Counted from the whole stretch's first letter, positions 1 through 11,830 are shown. The stretch: DNA of 62,140 nucleotides, filler included, from Nemertoderma westbladi (GCA_032718475.1; 3 parts of 3 records of this genome joined end to end with filler, not necessarily neighbours in it); one strand, 5' to 3'. Program-made: numbers and translations. The notes: a model not told the origin generated them from the letters alone.

Positions 1-1283
1 AAGTTTAGGGAATGTTATAACAGCAGGAGACCATCAATTACCCGTAGGCAGAGTATAACAGAAGCGAGTGGACCATTAAACACAGACAGCTTGTTGTATG
101 AATGCTACGCAGTGCACAATGGGGGGTTACGCGAGTTTGAGTTGGGTTTGAGTAAACCAGACAGGTTTGAGTTAGTAAGAGTGAGGTAAGAGAAAAGGTA
201 CCCAGTTTGAGAAACAGTATCTAGAATGAGATACGGACTGTAATGGTATCTACTCCCACTAAATCGGTCATTGCGGGTCTAATGAGCATAATATTAATAT
301 ATATAATAATATAATATAATAATAAATAATAATATAAAATATTAGAACTAAAAGTTGTCCATCGCCGAAATTTAGAAAATGAGTCACTTGCACCAAAGAG
401 TAGGTTCTGGCCATGTGCCGTGCCTGTGGCACAACTTCCCTTGATCCCAAAATCAAACTTTTTGTATCTAAGTAAGTTTGGACCCATTTGATGACATTTG
501 ATGCAAGCAGGTAGTTCTTTCTTGTGTCATTGATCTTTCATTTATGTGTTAAATTGTTATAAATTGCATTGTGGTGCATCGTAAAGGCTCAAAATTTCAA
601 CCCCTTTAACCCCCTTGGGATCCGTCAAGATATAGACGAAATTTAAATAAATTTTTTTGCCTTAAAATTTTACCATTTGGCAACTTTTGTGCACCGGTAT
701 AACAATGAAATCGAAAAAAAAGTCAAAAACGCACCGCCCTATTTGACATACGCGTATGCGCATACTGTTTCCTGATTGGTCCAGTCCAGATGAGATATGA
801 GAGAAATGTTATGCAAAATGCTTAGGCCTAAGTTAAGTTATGCAGGGGGGCTAAAAAGCGGAAACAACTGGAAACAGGAAACATGTCATTTTCGTAACCG
901 TGCAGATACGATTTGTAATACTATTCACGAAAAGAATGGAATCACGATCTATCAATGTGTTTAAAAATAAATTGAAACAGTTGGATATCTCGGAAATCAC
1001 TACTTTATACAGAGTATGTGATCTATAAGAATTATTTTTCCTTGTGTGTGCACTTTTAGTTACATTTGTTACAAGCCCAGCATTTTATTTATAATATCTG
1101 CCTTTTATTGTCGGCAAGTCCGGATTAAGTTAAATTAATTATTTGTAATTTCCATAATTAACAAAACTTCCTGCAGACACATCCTGTTTAAATATCGGAA
1201 ATCTGAAAAGTCTGATTATGATTATTTTGATATAATTATTACTGTATTATGAATATGATTAATCACAATTATTAGCACAAATT

Positions 1284-2341
1284 CAGGGTCGTATTTAGGG
1301 AGGGAGGGGAGGGGGGGGGGGGGCCAAGGTCCCAGGCCCCCCACCACAGGGGGCTCCCCACCATGTTCCAAAAACTATAGGGCTCGACCGAACTATAGAG
1401 GAGCCGAACTCGAACCGAACTGCATAGTGCTTGGATTTATTACTATGGTTACTTGTATTTGGAACTGGGCAGTTGAATATGTAACTGGGTGCTCAGATTT
1501 GTAACCACTTAATAAAAAATCATAACCATCAATTGCAACAGGGTGCTCATATATGTATCCAAATATACTGATTTGTAATCACGAACACAGATTTGTAAGC
1601 AGGTACTCAAATTCGTAACCAGGCACTCAGATTTGTAACCGGGAAATCCAATTTGTTACATGACTGTCAGATTTGTAAATAGAAACTCCGATTTGTAACC
1701 GCTACCATTGATTTTTTTATGAAATAAAAGGTCGGCGGTTGCTTATCGGGCCTTCTAGGCCCGTCACAAGTATAAAAACCTTATGAAAATATATTTTAAC
1801 TTTCGATTCTTGCATTTTGTGATCTGATATTTATATACTGATATAAACAGGAACATGCTTCAAATTTCTAATTTCCTAGTCTAATATATAGGGATGCGAG
1901 TTTTCTGGAAATCAATTTCCGGAAAAGTATACTTCATCCGTAGTTACAAGCACAAAAGCCAAGACAACGAACCACCTAAACACATCTAGGAATCCCTTGT
2001 TTCTAGTGTTTACTCTACTTGTTTTTTACTATGTGTATTCAGAATGTGCTTAATAAAATAATTAATAAAATAGGAAATTTCCAGATAAATGTATAGGAAA
2101 TTTCCAAACATTTCTTGACTCGCATCCTTACAAATATATTTACTTCTAAATTGAGGTTTCATTGAAAGGTATTTGCGATAAATAGACTGAAAGGTAGGGT
2201 AATGAATACCCCGGCGTCTGTCAGTATAATACAGTCTGTGGGAAGTGCTTGGCGCCGTATGTGCTAACTCCATACAGAATAGCCCAGGCCCCCCACCACT
2301 GACCCGGCCCCAGGCCACCCACCACTCTAAATCTGGCCTTG
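1284..2341. mobile_element. Non-autonomous TIR DNA transposon (hAT-like termini)
   Basis: Imperfect TIRs CAGGGTCGTATTTAG / CTAAATCTGGCCTTG, flanked by direct repeat GCACAAATT (1275-1283, 2342-2350). Subterminal CCCAGGCCCCCCACC at both ends and a degenerate internal CAGATTTGTAACC repeat (about 1480-1705). Confidence 0.7.
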
Positions 2342-2482
2342 GCACAAATTAGGACTACCGCACCGATGATAGAAGGCAGGAAGGCCTACTCAACAGCTCA
2401 ACTCACCACTCACTGACCGAAGACCACTGAAGAAATAAAACGGCACTCACCCTTCGTGCAGCATGCGAACTTCTAAAAGGAG

Positions 2483-3180
2483 CTGTTGACACTGTTAAGA
2501 GGCCTTCTGGTAGCATGAGAAATACTAAAAAGAACTATTGACACTGTTAAGAGGCCTTCTTAAAGCATGAGAAATACTAAAAAGAACTGTTGACACTGTT
2601 AAGAGGTCTTCTTGAAGCATGAGAAGAGAAATACTAAAAAGAACTGTTGACACTGTTAAGAGGCCTTCTTGAAGCATGAGAAATACTAAAAAGAACTGTT
2701 GACACTGTAAAGAGGCCTTCTTGCAGCATGGAAAATACTAAAAAGATCTGTTGACACTGTTAAGAGGCCTTCTTAAAGCATGAGAAATACTAAAAAGAAC
2801 TGTTGACACTGTTAAGAGGCCTTCTGGTAGCATGAGAAATACTAAAAAGAACTGTTGACACTGTTAAGAGGCCTTCTTAAAACATGAGAAATACTAAAAA
2901 GAACTGTTGACACTGTTAAGAGGTCTTCTTGAAGCATGAGAAGATAAATACTATAAAGAACTGTTGACACTGTTAAGAGGCCTTCTTGAAGCATGAGAAA
3001 TACTAAATAGAACTGTTGACACTGTAAAGATGCCTTCTTGCAGCATGGAAAATACTAAAAAGATCTGTTGACACTGTTAAGAGGCCTTCTTAAAGCATGA
3101 GAAATACTAAAAAGAACTGTTGACACTGTAAAGAGGCCTTCTCGCAGCATGACAAATACTAAAAAGACACTGTTCAGAGA
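2483..3180. repeat. 52-bp minisatellite, about 13 copies
   Basis: Unit CTGTTGACACTGTTAAGAGGCCTTCTTGAAGCATGAGAAATACTAAAAAGAA read directly. Confidence 0.95.
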
Positions 3181-3447
3181 CCTTTGTGCATCATGACAAA
3201 TGCTGAAAAGAGCCTTTGAAACTGACAATTAATAACATTACAATACGATGGTTCAACGATATTTGTGTCTACCATTATTGATGATGACCAGTTGGCATAC
3301 CAACCCCGTTCATTTTTTTTAAATACATATAATATACTAATTATTTGTATGAAATTCAATTGGTTGATACACAATTTGTCCTATGCAATATTACAGAAGT
3401 AAATGCACAAATGAACTCTACAATACAATACTGTATTGACCAATAGT

Positions 3448-4332
3448 TCATTCTCCAGTTATAAAGCGCGGATTTACACGAAATGGCTTCTTAACTAGAG
3501 TCGGTCCTTTTTTTGAGGCGCTGCCTTTTTCGTCCATTCCTACTTGTTGCTTGCTTTGTAGGGGAGGCAGATTATTAGGATATAATTCACGGCGTCCTGG
3601 CAAGTTTCCGATATTTCTCTGTTGATCTAAGTGCTTCTGGTAGTTCTGCTTGTGCATAGCATTTTGTCCATCCCGGAATTTTCTTTCATTCTTTCTCATT
3701 TGCTTTTGAACAGATTCCTGGATAGACAAGTTTTTGAAAGTCGGCTTGAAGGGTACAAGGAAAGCATACTCACCGTAATGACTGGGTTCCAGTGTATAAT
3801 TATACCGGAATTTTGCGTTGTCATACTCATAGAATGGATCATAATTTGATGAGATGTCCATTGGATTGAACTTACTACCCAAATCAAACCATTGGTGGGG
3901 TTGTTTTCGCATGTAGTTACTGTCCATGATGGAAGATTTTCTCGGTATTTTTATTTCGTTTAAGTCGAGCAGATCAACTCCATGTGGATATAATGTATCT
4001 CCTATGTTTCCTAGCGACGGCCAATCCGACGAAATGCACGACTTGGTTGGACGGGCTCCGGGCAGGGCGATCCACAACCTTTTATGTTTTTTATCTTGGA
4101 ACAGGTGGAACTGAGGCCCGAAACCCTCTTTATGTCCAGTCTGTTCAACAATGTCAATTTGCGGTAGATTGGAAAGCTTCCAGATAGAGGGGCCATCCGT
4201 CGACTTAGAGGGGCCATCCGTCGACTTAAGTTTAAAAAACCTTAGTATCGTTGGAAGGCCGGATGACGCCATTGGTCGATAAGGAAAGTCATCGTCGTCA
4301 TTCGAACAACTGCCGAAAGTCATCGTCGTCAC
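3448..4332 (-). CDS. Hypothetical protein (about 290 aa, no recognised domain); start uncertain
   Basis: 885-bp uninterrupted non-repetitive ORF, more GC-rich than its flanks. First in-frame ATG at 4323. Basic/Q-rich C-terminus. Confidence 0.45.
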   Translation of the reverse strand: MTTMTFGSCSNDDDDFPYRPMASSGLPTILRFFKLKSTDGPSKSTDGPSIWKLSNLPQIDIVEQTGHKEGFGPQFHLFQDKKHKRLWIALPGARPTKSCISSDWPSLGNIGDTLYPHGVDLLDLNEIKIPRKSSIMDSNYMRKQPHQWFDLGSKFNPMDISSNYDPFYEYDNAKFRYNYTLEPSHYGEYAFLVPFKPTFKNLSIQESVQKQMRKNERKFRDGQNAMHKQNYQKHLDQQRNIGNLPGRRELYPNNLPPLQSKQQVGMDEKGSASKKGPTLVKKPFRVNPRFITGE

Positions 4333-5230
4333 TCGAACAACTACTGCTTCTCACGATTTTACTCCCAGTAATGTACTTGGATTTTATTCAAATTAACTTG
4401 AAAAATAATCTGTAATGCGTTATGTTATTTCTCCATTTCTATACTAAACATTTTGTACAAAACTAACGGTAAGAAATGTGTCATAAGTTATTTGTTTCGT
4501 GTTATCAATGAAGACAAACTAATTCTAGAATTATTATCGTAGTATTCGTAGTTAGTTACTAACAACTGTATTATTATTTATTTCTGGATTTTATATGACT
4601 AGATGTACTTACTAAACTAAAATGTCTTCAGTTTTGTTACAAACAGACCAGCAGATTGACAGTCCCACTGACTAAATCAAGGTAGCCAATGAAAGGGGTA
4701 AAACGTTTTTCCTGGTGGTCGGTCTTTTAGGCAGATTTCCCCTGGTCCAATATTTCCCCAATTATGTATATATAACAAAACGTATATAAATCAAATCGCA
4801 ATTTGTTCTAGGTTAATCGTTTACTATCAGGAATTGACTACAAATATCAATTTATTCTTTTAAAGTTACCGTGCTATACGGAACTGTTACCTTATTAATT
4901 GCGATAGAGTAAATAATACAGATTTGAGTATTATATTCTAGAAATCCATGCCTTAATTTATTCTTTTAATATTGATAAAATGCACTAATGATACCAAATT
5001 AAATTAAATAAAATTAAGTTAAAATTAATTTAAGAATTTTTATTTTTGCCTTCAATCTCTATCGAAATTGCACCAGTTACATACATACACCGTATTTATT
5101 CTTCCTCCTTTTAGTGGCACCAATGGAAAGCTGGCCATGCAAGGATTCCAAATATGTAAAAACATTTGAATTTGGCATGGAAATAGCGGAGATATGAATG
5201 GGCATTCGAATGTTGCATGTATTCGCTTAA

Positions 5231-6487
5231 GGCTGGGGTACCCCCCAGGTCGAAGGAAAAACGAAAATAAATATTATGGTGTATAATTGTCCAGTATTTT
5301 ATGGCGGTTCCAAATCCGAAAACGGCTTGGCTGTATCTTTTTTCGTTTTCGAGTTACAGCTGATATAACATAACATTTTTTCAACTAAATAGAGATACTT
5401 ATTTGAGACAGACGACAGCAGACAACCGACAGCCAACAGCAGAAACCCGAAAGGGTTCAACCGACAGTCGGCAACCGATATGGTTCAACTGACAGCAGAC
5501 AACCGACAGGGTTCAACTGACAGCAGACAACCGACAGGGTTCAACTGACAGCAGACAACTGACAGCAGACAACCGACAGCATACAAACGACAGCAGACGA
5601 CCGACATCAGACGACCGACAGCAGACGACCGACAGCAGAAAACCGACGGCAGACAACCGACAGCAGACAACTGAAGGCAGACAACCGACAGGGGACAACC
5701 AACAGGCGATAGCAGACGACCGACAGGGTTCAACTGACAGCAGACAACCGACAGCAGACAACCGACAGGGGACAACTGACAGCCAACAACCGACAGCCAC
5801 CCTTCTAGCTTTTGTGATAGGGGTCCACAACGTCGCTTTCGTCTCATAAATCAAATTCCACTCGATTCAGCGCCTCAGAATTAGTCAGAAAAAATGTTTT
5901 AATAGTATTCTGAGTGTTTATAATTTTTGAAATATTGAAATATCTTGTATTTTTTTAAATTTTGACCATTTTCTCGAGATACTAAATTTTCACATGATAA
6001 ATGTATCTGCTTAGTCAATTTTTCATCAAACGCCCCAATTTTGGTCTCATTTTGATGACTTCCGTATCACCCACCAAAGTTATGCTTTTTGAGTAAATCG
6101 AAATATCCATTGACCGTTTATTTTCACCATATTTTTGAAAAATTACCTTTTTGAGGTCATTGACTTCAAAATTCAAAAAGTTGAATAAAATTTTAAAAAA
6201 TAACTTTTGTACATAAAAAGCATAACTTTTATGTAATTTGATGCGCTGAATCCGAATATGTTGGTTTCGAACAATTTTAAGTCGATGCCAAGGAGTAGAT
6301 ACGTTTTTTTCAAAAAACATGAAAGTTCCAGTGGTCACCGCTAGGGGGTATCTGAAAATTTCATTTTTTCAAAAATGATAATTTTGCTTCAACATGTTAG
6401 TGTGAAAGTACGTATGACTAAATACTACTTCCTCATTTTGTCCAATTCGTGATTATATTCTGCCAGTCTCTGGGGGGTACCCCAGCC
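5231..6487. mobile_element. Non-autonomous Kolobok-type element
   Basis: Perfect 18-bp TIRs GGCTGGGGTACCCCCCAG, TTAA on both sides (5227-5230, 6488-6491), GG...CC termini. Confidence 0.85.
5407..5800. repeat. Degenerate 14-bp minisatellite (GACAGCAGACAACC)n inside the Kolobok-type MITE
   Basis: Read directly; explains the Cys-rich spurious ORFs at 5485-5854. Confidence 0.9.
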
Positions 6488-6607
6488 TTAAGCTATATAC
6501 TTACTAAACATTAAATTAATAACTTAATAACTCCACAATATTCTGGAACATTTTGTTTATCTCATAAGTAGCTGGGCAACAATGCAATACAATGCAATAC
6601 CTATATA

Positions 6608-7384
6608 CACCATGACCCGTAATATAGTGTCATTTTCTGATGACACGGACCCCCCCCCAAATTTTTAAAAAAGTGTCTTTTGCGAAATTGCACCCTCTGT
6701 ATCATTGCCATTCTTCACTTTAGTCGTAATTTTTTCACATCAATAGAAAGCTTGCGTTGCAAGGATTCCAAATATGTAACAATGTCTGAATTTCGTTGAG
6801 AAACAGAAACAGAAATAGGCATTCAAAGATTGCAAGAATTATTGTTCACTGCAAGCCATTTATTCTATTTAATAAATACACAATATTCTGGAACAATCTG
6901 TTTATGTATGATTAGCTATGTGATATAGATATCGTATAGGCATACCGCTGTTGCCTACCAACTCATAAAATAAATAACACGTTCTAGAATATTGTGTATT
7001 TATTAAATAGAATAAATGGCCTGCAGTGAATAATAATTCTTGCAATCTTTGAACGCCTATTTCTCGGCTGTTTCTCAATGAAATTCAGATATTGCTACAT
7101 ATTTGGAATCCTTTCAACGCAAGCTTTCTATTTTGCTGTTAAAAAATTACGACTAAAGTGAAGAATAGCAATGATACAGAGGGTGCGATTTCGCAAAAGA
7201 CACTTTTTTAAAACGCTTATAAATAAAATTTAAAGGCGAAATCGAAAATTCCGGCTTCATGGTAACAACCACGGTGAGTTGAACTAGTTGTGTTTCAAAT
7301 TTCAAACAATATGATAAAGATTTGTAGAAAAATTTGGGGGGGTCCGTGTCATCAGAAAATGACACTATATTACGGGTCATGGTG
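6608..7384. mobile_element. Foldback MITE, Tc1/mariner-type (TA TSD)
   Basis: Starts CACCATGACCCGTAATATAGTGTCATTTTCTGATGACACGGACCCCCCC and ends with its reverse complement. The left arm of about 290 bp is mirrored in the right arm, which carries an extra insert. TA at 6606-6607 and 7385-7386. Confidence 0.85.
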
Positions 7385-8319
7385 TAATATAATATTATAT
7401 ATTATAATACCTACATATTATTAATTGTTATTATTTATTAATAATTTTTTTTTTTTTTTTAACAATCTGTAATATATTAAAGAGTAAATAGTAATAATAA
7501 TTAAATACAACAATTATATCACATATCAATATAATATAAAACTAAAAGTAATATTGTAATATACGATACATTGAACATTGCGTTAGAGTATGCTACGGCA
7601 AAGGCTACTGACCGGGCCCTAATCCCCAAAGAGTCCACCAGGGGATGGGCCAGTAGTTGCCAGGACAGACGCCGCGTTGCCCACCAGAATGGTAATTAAT
7701 AATTAATAATAAATAATATGTACTCTTATATTTAAAAATGTACTAGTATTATTATATAGGTATTGCATTGTTGCCCAGCTACAGTACCCAGGAGATAAAC
7801 AAAATGTTACAGAATATTGTGGATCATCCTAAGTCCTGTTTAAATTACTTACCATATTATTATTAATTTTAATTACCGGTATACTATTATTAATAGTACA
7901 ATACTAGTAACTAGTACTATTACTACAAAAATATACTAACACTACTAAATACTAAAAATATACTAGTAAGTATATACTATTATATTTTCGGATATTTAAT
8001 GAAAATCGGCGTTTGAAACTCGTTTTTGAAACAGTTGCCATGGTAACAACCGGGTTTTACAAATGACGTCAATGAAATCTCGATGCTGATATGTGGGGGG
8101 TAGGTCAAGGTTAGAAGACTGTAGGTTTATTGTTAAGTGGACTTTTGTAAATGACCTATTGTTGTCATGGTAATATGGGACCGATAAATAATGTTGCAAA
8201 GTTGGTTCACCTTAAAAAATGTGAAAAATGAGAAAAAAAGTGTTAATTACCTACACCTGCACCAATTATATATGTTACTTTTGTCAAGAACGGAACAAAA
8301 ATATTATAGGCCTGTATAT

Positions 8320-8570
8320 AGAACCAAAACAATAAACGATAGTTAACACGTGTTACAAGATTATGCAGGTTAGTAAAGGAGCAGGTTACGGAAGCATGTA
8401 GATAGAACCAAAACAATAAACGAAAGATAACACGTGTCACGTGCTTATGCAGGTTAGTAAAGGAACAGGTAACAGAGCTGGGTGGATGAAACCAAAATAA
8501 TAAACGAAAGATAACTCGTGTCACATGTTTATGCAGGTTAGAAAAGGAATGGGTTACAGAGGCATATGCA
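8320..8570. repeat. Three tandem copies of an about 84-bp unit downstream of the DUF3987 gene
   Basis: Repeated AACCAAAACAATAAACGA...TTATGCAGGTTAGTAAAGGAGCAGGTTAC. Confidence 0.85.
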
Positions 8571-8580
8571 TGAATACAAA

Positions 8581-8992
8581 AATGAAATGCGGATTTACCG
8601 ATAAATGACTTGAGGTAGAAGAGTATAATATGCCTCTATATATGAGTTATAAGCCGATATATATATATGAATTACAGTATATATAACAATGTGATACATA
8701 GATAGATATGAAATTAGTTAGAATTTACTGTTCAACTTGGAAACAAATCCTATTTCCTCTAAGCGTTTGGGATTTCACAAAACCATAATGAAATGCGGAT
8801 TTACCGATAAATGACTTGAGGTAGAAGAGTATAATATGCCTCTATATATGAGTTAAAAGCCGATATATATATATGAATTACAGTATATATAACAATGTGA
8901 TACATAGATAGATATGAAATTAGTTAGAATTTACTGTTCAACTTGGAAACAAATCCTATTTCCTCTAAGCGTTTGGGATTTCACGAAACCAT
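8581..8992. repeat. 206-bp near-perfect tandem duplication including the 3' end of the DUF3987 gene
   Basis: 8581-8786 and 8787-8992 are identical except for 2 substitutions that I could find. Confidence 0.9.
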
Positions 8993-10121
8993 GACGTTGC
9001 ATAAGTGATATCCATTCTTCTTCAGATGATATATTGAAAGCTTTTAGCATTGAAGAACAACGATCGTTCATTGTCTGGTATGTAAAGCTCTTGTTGGCCT
9101 TAAGTGTTTTGTCGACAATACGTTTTAAATTGTTGATAAGATCTTTACTTTTTTCTTCTTCATGTATGTTGTATCCTAATTCACTTAGAACTGTAAGAGC
9201 GTTCTCACTATTCTGAACCAGTTCAATAGCATATTGAATATCGCTGCCCATTATTTCATTATCAATAGGTTTCCCACTGAAGACCAGTTCAAGGACATGA
9301 ATGCATGCACTAATACGTGCCACCATACCTTTATTCTTACTTAATGCATCGCGAATCACATCTACTTTCATTGTATCACGGCTTTTAATTCTTTCTTCGT
9401 GATCATTGTGGAATGCTGCAAACTCTTGTTCAGCATTTTCTGAAAAGACAAATTCCATCCCCTCTGCAGAATTATGTACAGCGCTTATTATATCAGCGAT
9501 TTTAGTCGATAACTTAGGAATAGATTTCAAACTTTCAAACGTTCTCACTTCGCGATCTTCTTTAAAGGCCAATAAAAATCGTGATGCTAAACCATCATTG
9601 TTATCATCTCCCAATAATTTATCTATGAATGGGCCCGGCTGTATATTCATCAACACAGCAACTCGCGTAGACTCAGTTTCCATTTTGCCACCACTTACAG
9701 TATCTTTAACTACTGAACCACCCCCATACAGACTATTCAAATGTGCCCGTGATTTCAGAGCCTTGTCTCTTCCTGTTTGGTTTAAGAATAGTTTTCCCTC
9801 GTCGTAAAACAAAGTTGCTCTGCTGTTTTTAGTTGACAGATCAGCCAAAAGTTTTTCAATAGTAAAGTCAGTATAGTATCCCACGTCATCAAATAACCTC
9901 ATGCTTTCACACAATTCATTACTCCCGGCACTTTTATTGGAACCACTTTGCGCTATATTACATGCCCATACCAAGACTGGCTCATACCAATTATCAGTAA
10001 GTTTAACTGTTGCTTTTCCCATTATAACTGACGTTGCACTTATCAACTGAATAGCTATCTGCCCACTTGTACAACCAGCAGATTGAGATTTATTCGTTGT
10101 ATATTGCAGCAGTCTAGACAT
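8931..10121 (-). CDS. DUF3987/YfjI-family P-loop (AAA+-like) NTPase, 396 aa from first ATG
   Basis: WYEPVLVWACNIAQSGSNKS (Walker A variant), TIEKLL, LFYDEG (Walker B), MNIQP, DGLASRFL (Arg finger), late ARISACIH helix and a possible C-terminal winged helix. This is the motif order of DUF3987. The ORF track extends to 10193 with a non-ATG start. Confidence 0.8.
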   Translation of the reverse strand: MSRLLQYTTNKSQSAGCTSGQIAIQLISATSVIMGKATVKLTDNWYEPVLVWACNIAQSGSNKSAGSNELCESMRLFDDVGYYTDFTIEKLLADLSTKNSRATLFYDEGKLFLNQTGRDKALKSRAHLNSLYGGGSVVKDTVSGGKMETESTRVAVLMNIQPGPFIDKLLGDDNNDGLASRFLLAFKEDREVRTFESLKSIPKLSTKIADIISAVHNSAEGMEFVFSENAEQEFAAFHNDHEERIKSRDTMKVDVIRDALSKNKGMVARISACIHVLELVFSGKPIDNEIMGSDIQYAIELVQNSENALTVLSELGYNIHEEEKSKDLINNLKRIVDKTLKANKSFTYQTMNDRCSSMLKAFNISSEEEWISLMQRHGFVKSQTLRGNRICFQVEQ

Positions 10122-10227
10122 CTTCCATAATATATATAATATTACAGTACCCGGTATTATGCGAATTGTATTTAATGTACCGACAATAACCAATATTATG
10201 AAAAGTATTAGTAGGGAAAAACAAAGT

Positions 10228-11439
10228 TTAATGCAATATATATGTATTATAGAAAACTATATAAGATCGCAGGAAAAAGTAAAACATATTTTTCGAACAA
10301 AAGTTAAGTGTAGACTTCGAACGATTGGCCTTTTTGTTAAATTGTTCAGCTGCAGAAGAATTAATGTGCTCGTATTCCAAAAACTTTGAATGAGAAAAGT
10401 AATTGGCTCCACCAGGTTTACACTCTGGTGATTTATGGCCTTTTACATGGAATTTATCTACCATGAACAACCATTCATGGGGACGACGGCTAGTTACGTA
10501 CTTATCAAGTCCACATGCATAATCATAAATTATTAATTTGGTATCCTTATAGTCAACGCTTATAAAATCAGCAACTTGTTTCAGACTTTCCTTTTTTGAC
10601 ATTTCAGCAAATGACTCGACATATCCGCATGACCTAACCCCAAATAGAACACCACATGTACGGCCTGAAAACTTCGGCACTACTTTTGAACACTCCATAT
10701 CTGTACGTTGAAGATCGCACTCTGAGGATTTTGTAGGTTTGGAAACTGGTCCATGTATTTTGCACCTAACCATGCCATCAGCTTCTAATGTTACAGAAGA
10801 ATCACAAACGTCGCCGTTATCTAGAGGCCTGCCACACATACCTCGAAAAAGCTTATAATTTCCATCAACGACAATTACATCTGAACATTTCGGAACATTA
10901 CAATTTAAATGATTATTGTGTAGTAACTCATCAATATGTGAAGCATAGCCACTACCTTCCAGAAATGTCTCTATGTCAAAATGATGCGATGTCATATTTT
11001 CTATAACAAATGATTTTTGTAATATAGGAGGTAAATTACATAGAACATGGAACTGCAGCATTCGATACATGACTAAAGCCTGGGATAATAAATGTTTTTC
11101 TATCTCACAACCTGTTTCTATTCGGTAATTAATCGCAATAGCATCAAATGTAGCACCAAATACGTGCAATTCTCTTATAAATCGATTCAATAAAGATTTT
11201 GAAAACACACTAACATTTGTCACCCAAAATACAATTGCATCATTGGCAAAATTAGTATACTCAAATGTGGACTCAGTTATGGTTAATCCAGGCTTTAAAT
11301 TTCTTCCAAAACCCTTCACAAATTGTCGAGAATTTCCCCTACATTTATATCGCACCCCAACAAATTCTTTTTTGCCACTTTCTCCATACCAATCTGCTCT
11401 AATCTCAATAGTCTTCATGCGAAACCCACAGCAAAACAT
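10228..11439 (-). CDS. KDZ (Kyakuja-Dileera-Zisupton) superfamily transposase with CxC5/CxC6-like Cys-rich modules, 403 aa
   Basis: VVDGN (D1), Cys/His insert CGRP..C....C..H, GVLFGVRSCG, IIYDYAC (D2), VDKFHVKGH, INSSAAEQFN (E). N-terminal CC...C region followed by FSKSLLNRF...TFDAIAINY, typical of CxC5. Open and intronless. Confidence 0.85.
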   Translation of the reverse strand: MFCCGFRMKTIEIRADWYGESGKKEFVGVRYKCRGNSRQFVKGFGRNLKPGLTITESTFEYTNFANDAIVFWVTNVSVFSKSLLNRFIRELHVFGATFDAIAINYRIETGCEIEKHLLSQALVMYRMLQFHVLCNLPPILQKSFVIENMTSHHFDIETFLEGSGYASHIDELLHNNHLNCNVPKCSDVIVVDGNYKLFRGMCGRPLDNGDVCDSSVTLEADGMVRCKIHGPVSKPTKSSECDLQRTDMECSKVVPKFSGRTCGVLFGVRSCGYVESFAEMSKKESLKQVADFISVDYKDTKLIIYDYACGLDKYVTSRRPHEWLFMVDKFHVKGHKSPECKPGGANYFSHSKFLEYEHINSSAAEQFNKKANRSKSTLNFCSKNMFYFFLRSYIVFYNTYILH

Positions 11440-11554
11440 CACCAAAGAAAGTATGAAAATTAAATATTAAGATAATTGAATATCTTAACGAAAACGCCTC
11501 TTAAAAACTAATAATAAAACACTACTACTAGTATTATTCAACTGCAAACTGCAG

Positions 11555-11830
11555 GGCCCATGTGAAGAATACCAGACTTTCTGCCGTTATATTTCACTTT
11601 GCAGTTATCCCCATGTGAAGAATACCATGTTTTCACCAAAAACACAGGTTACAGAAGGGCTGAATCTAACCAAAACAATAAACGAATTAGTACATGTACA
11701 GGTTTTAAGACATAAATAAGCGCTGTGAAACACTTAATAAAGATACATTAAAAAAAAAAAAATCTTCATATATAAAATTCCAATAAAAAGTCGACCGAAA
11801 AGTGAAATCCTGGTATTATTCACATGGGCG
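11555..11830. mobile_element. 276-bp MITE with 21-bp TIRs and 8-bp TSD
   Basis: GGCCCATGTGAAGAATACCAG ... CTGGTATTATTCACATGGGCG (2 mismatches), AACTGCAG direct repeats at 11547-11554 and 11831-11838, and an internal second copy of the TIR core near 11609. Confidence 0.85.

Noticed and set aside
5485-5854. Cys-rich ORFs
   Set aside because: Translation of a 14-bp minisatellite inside a MITE.
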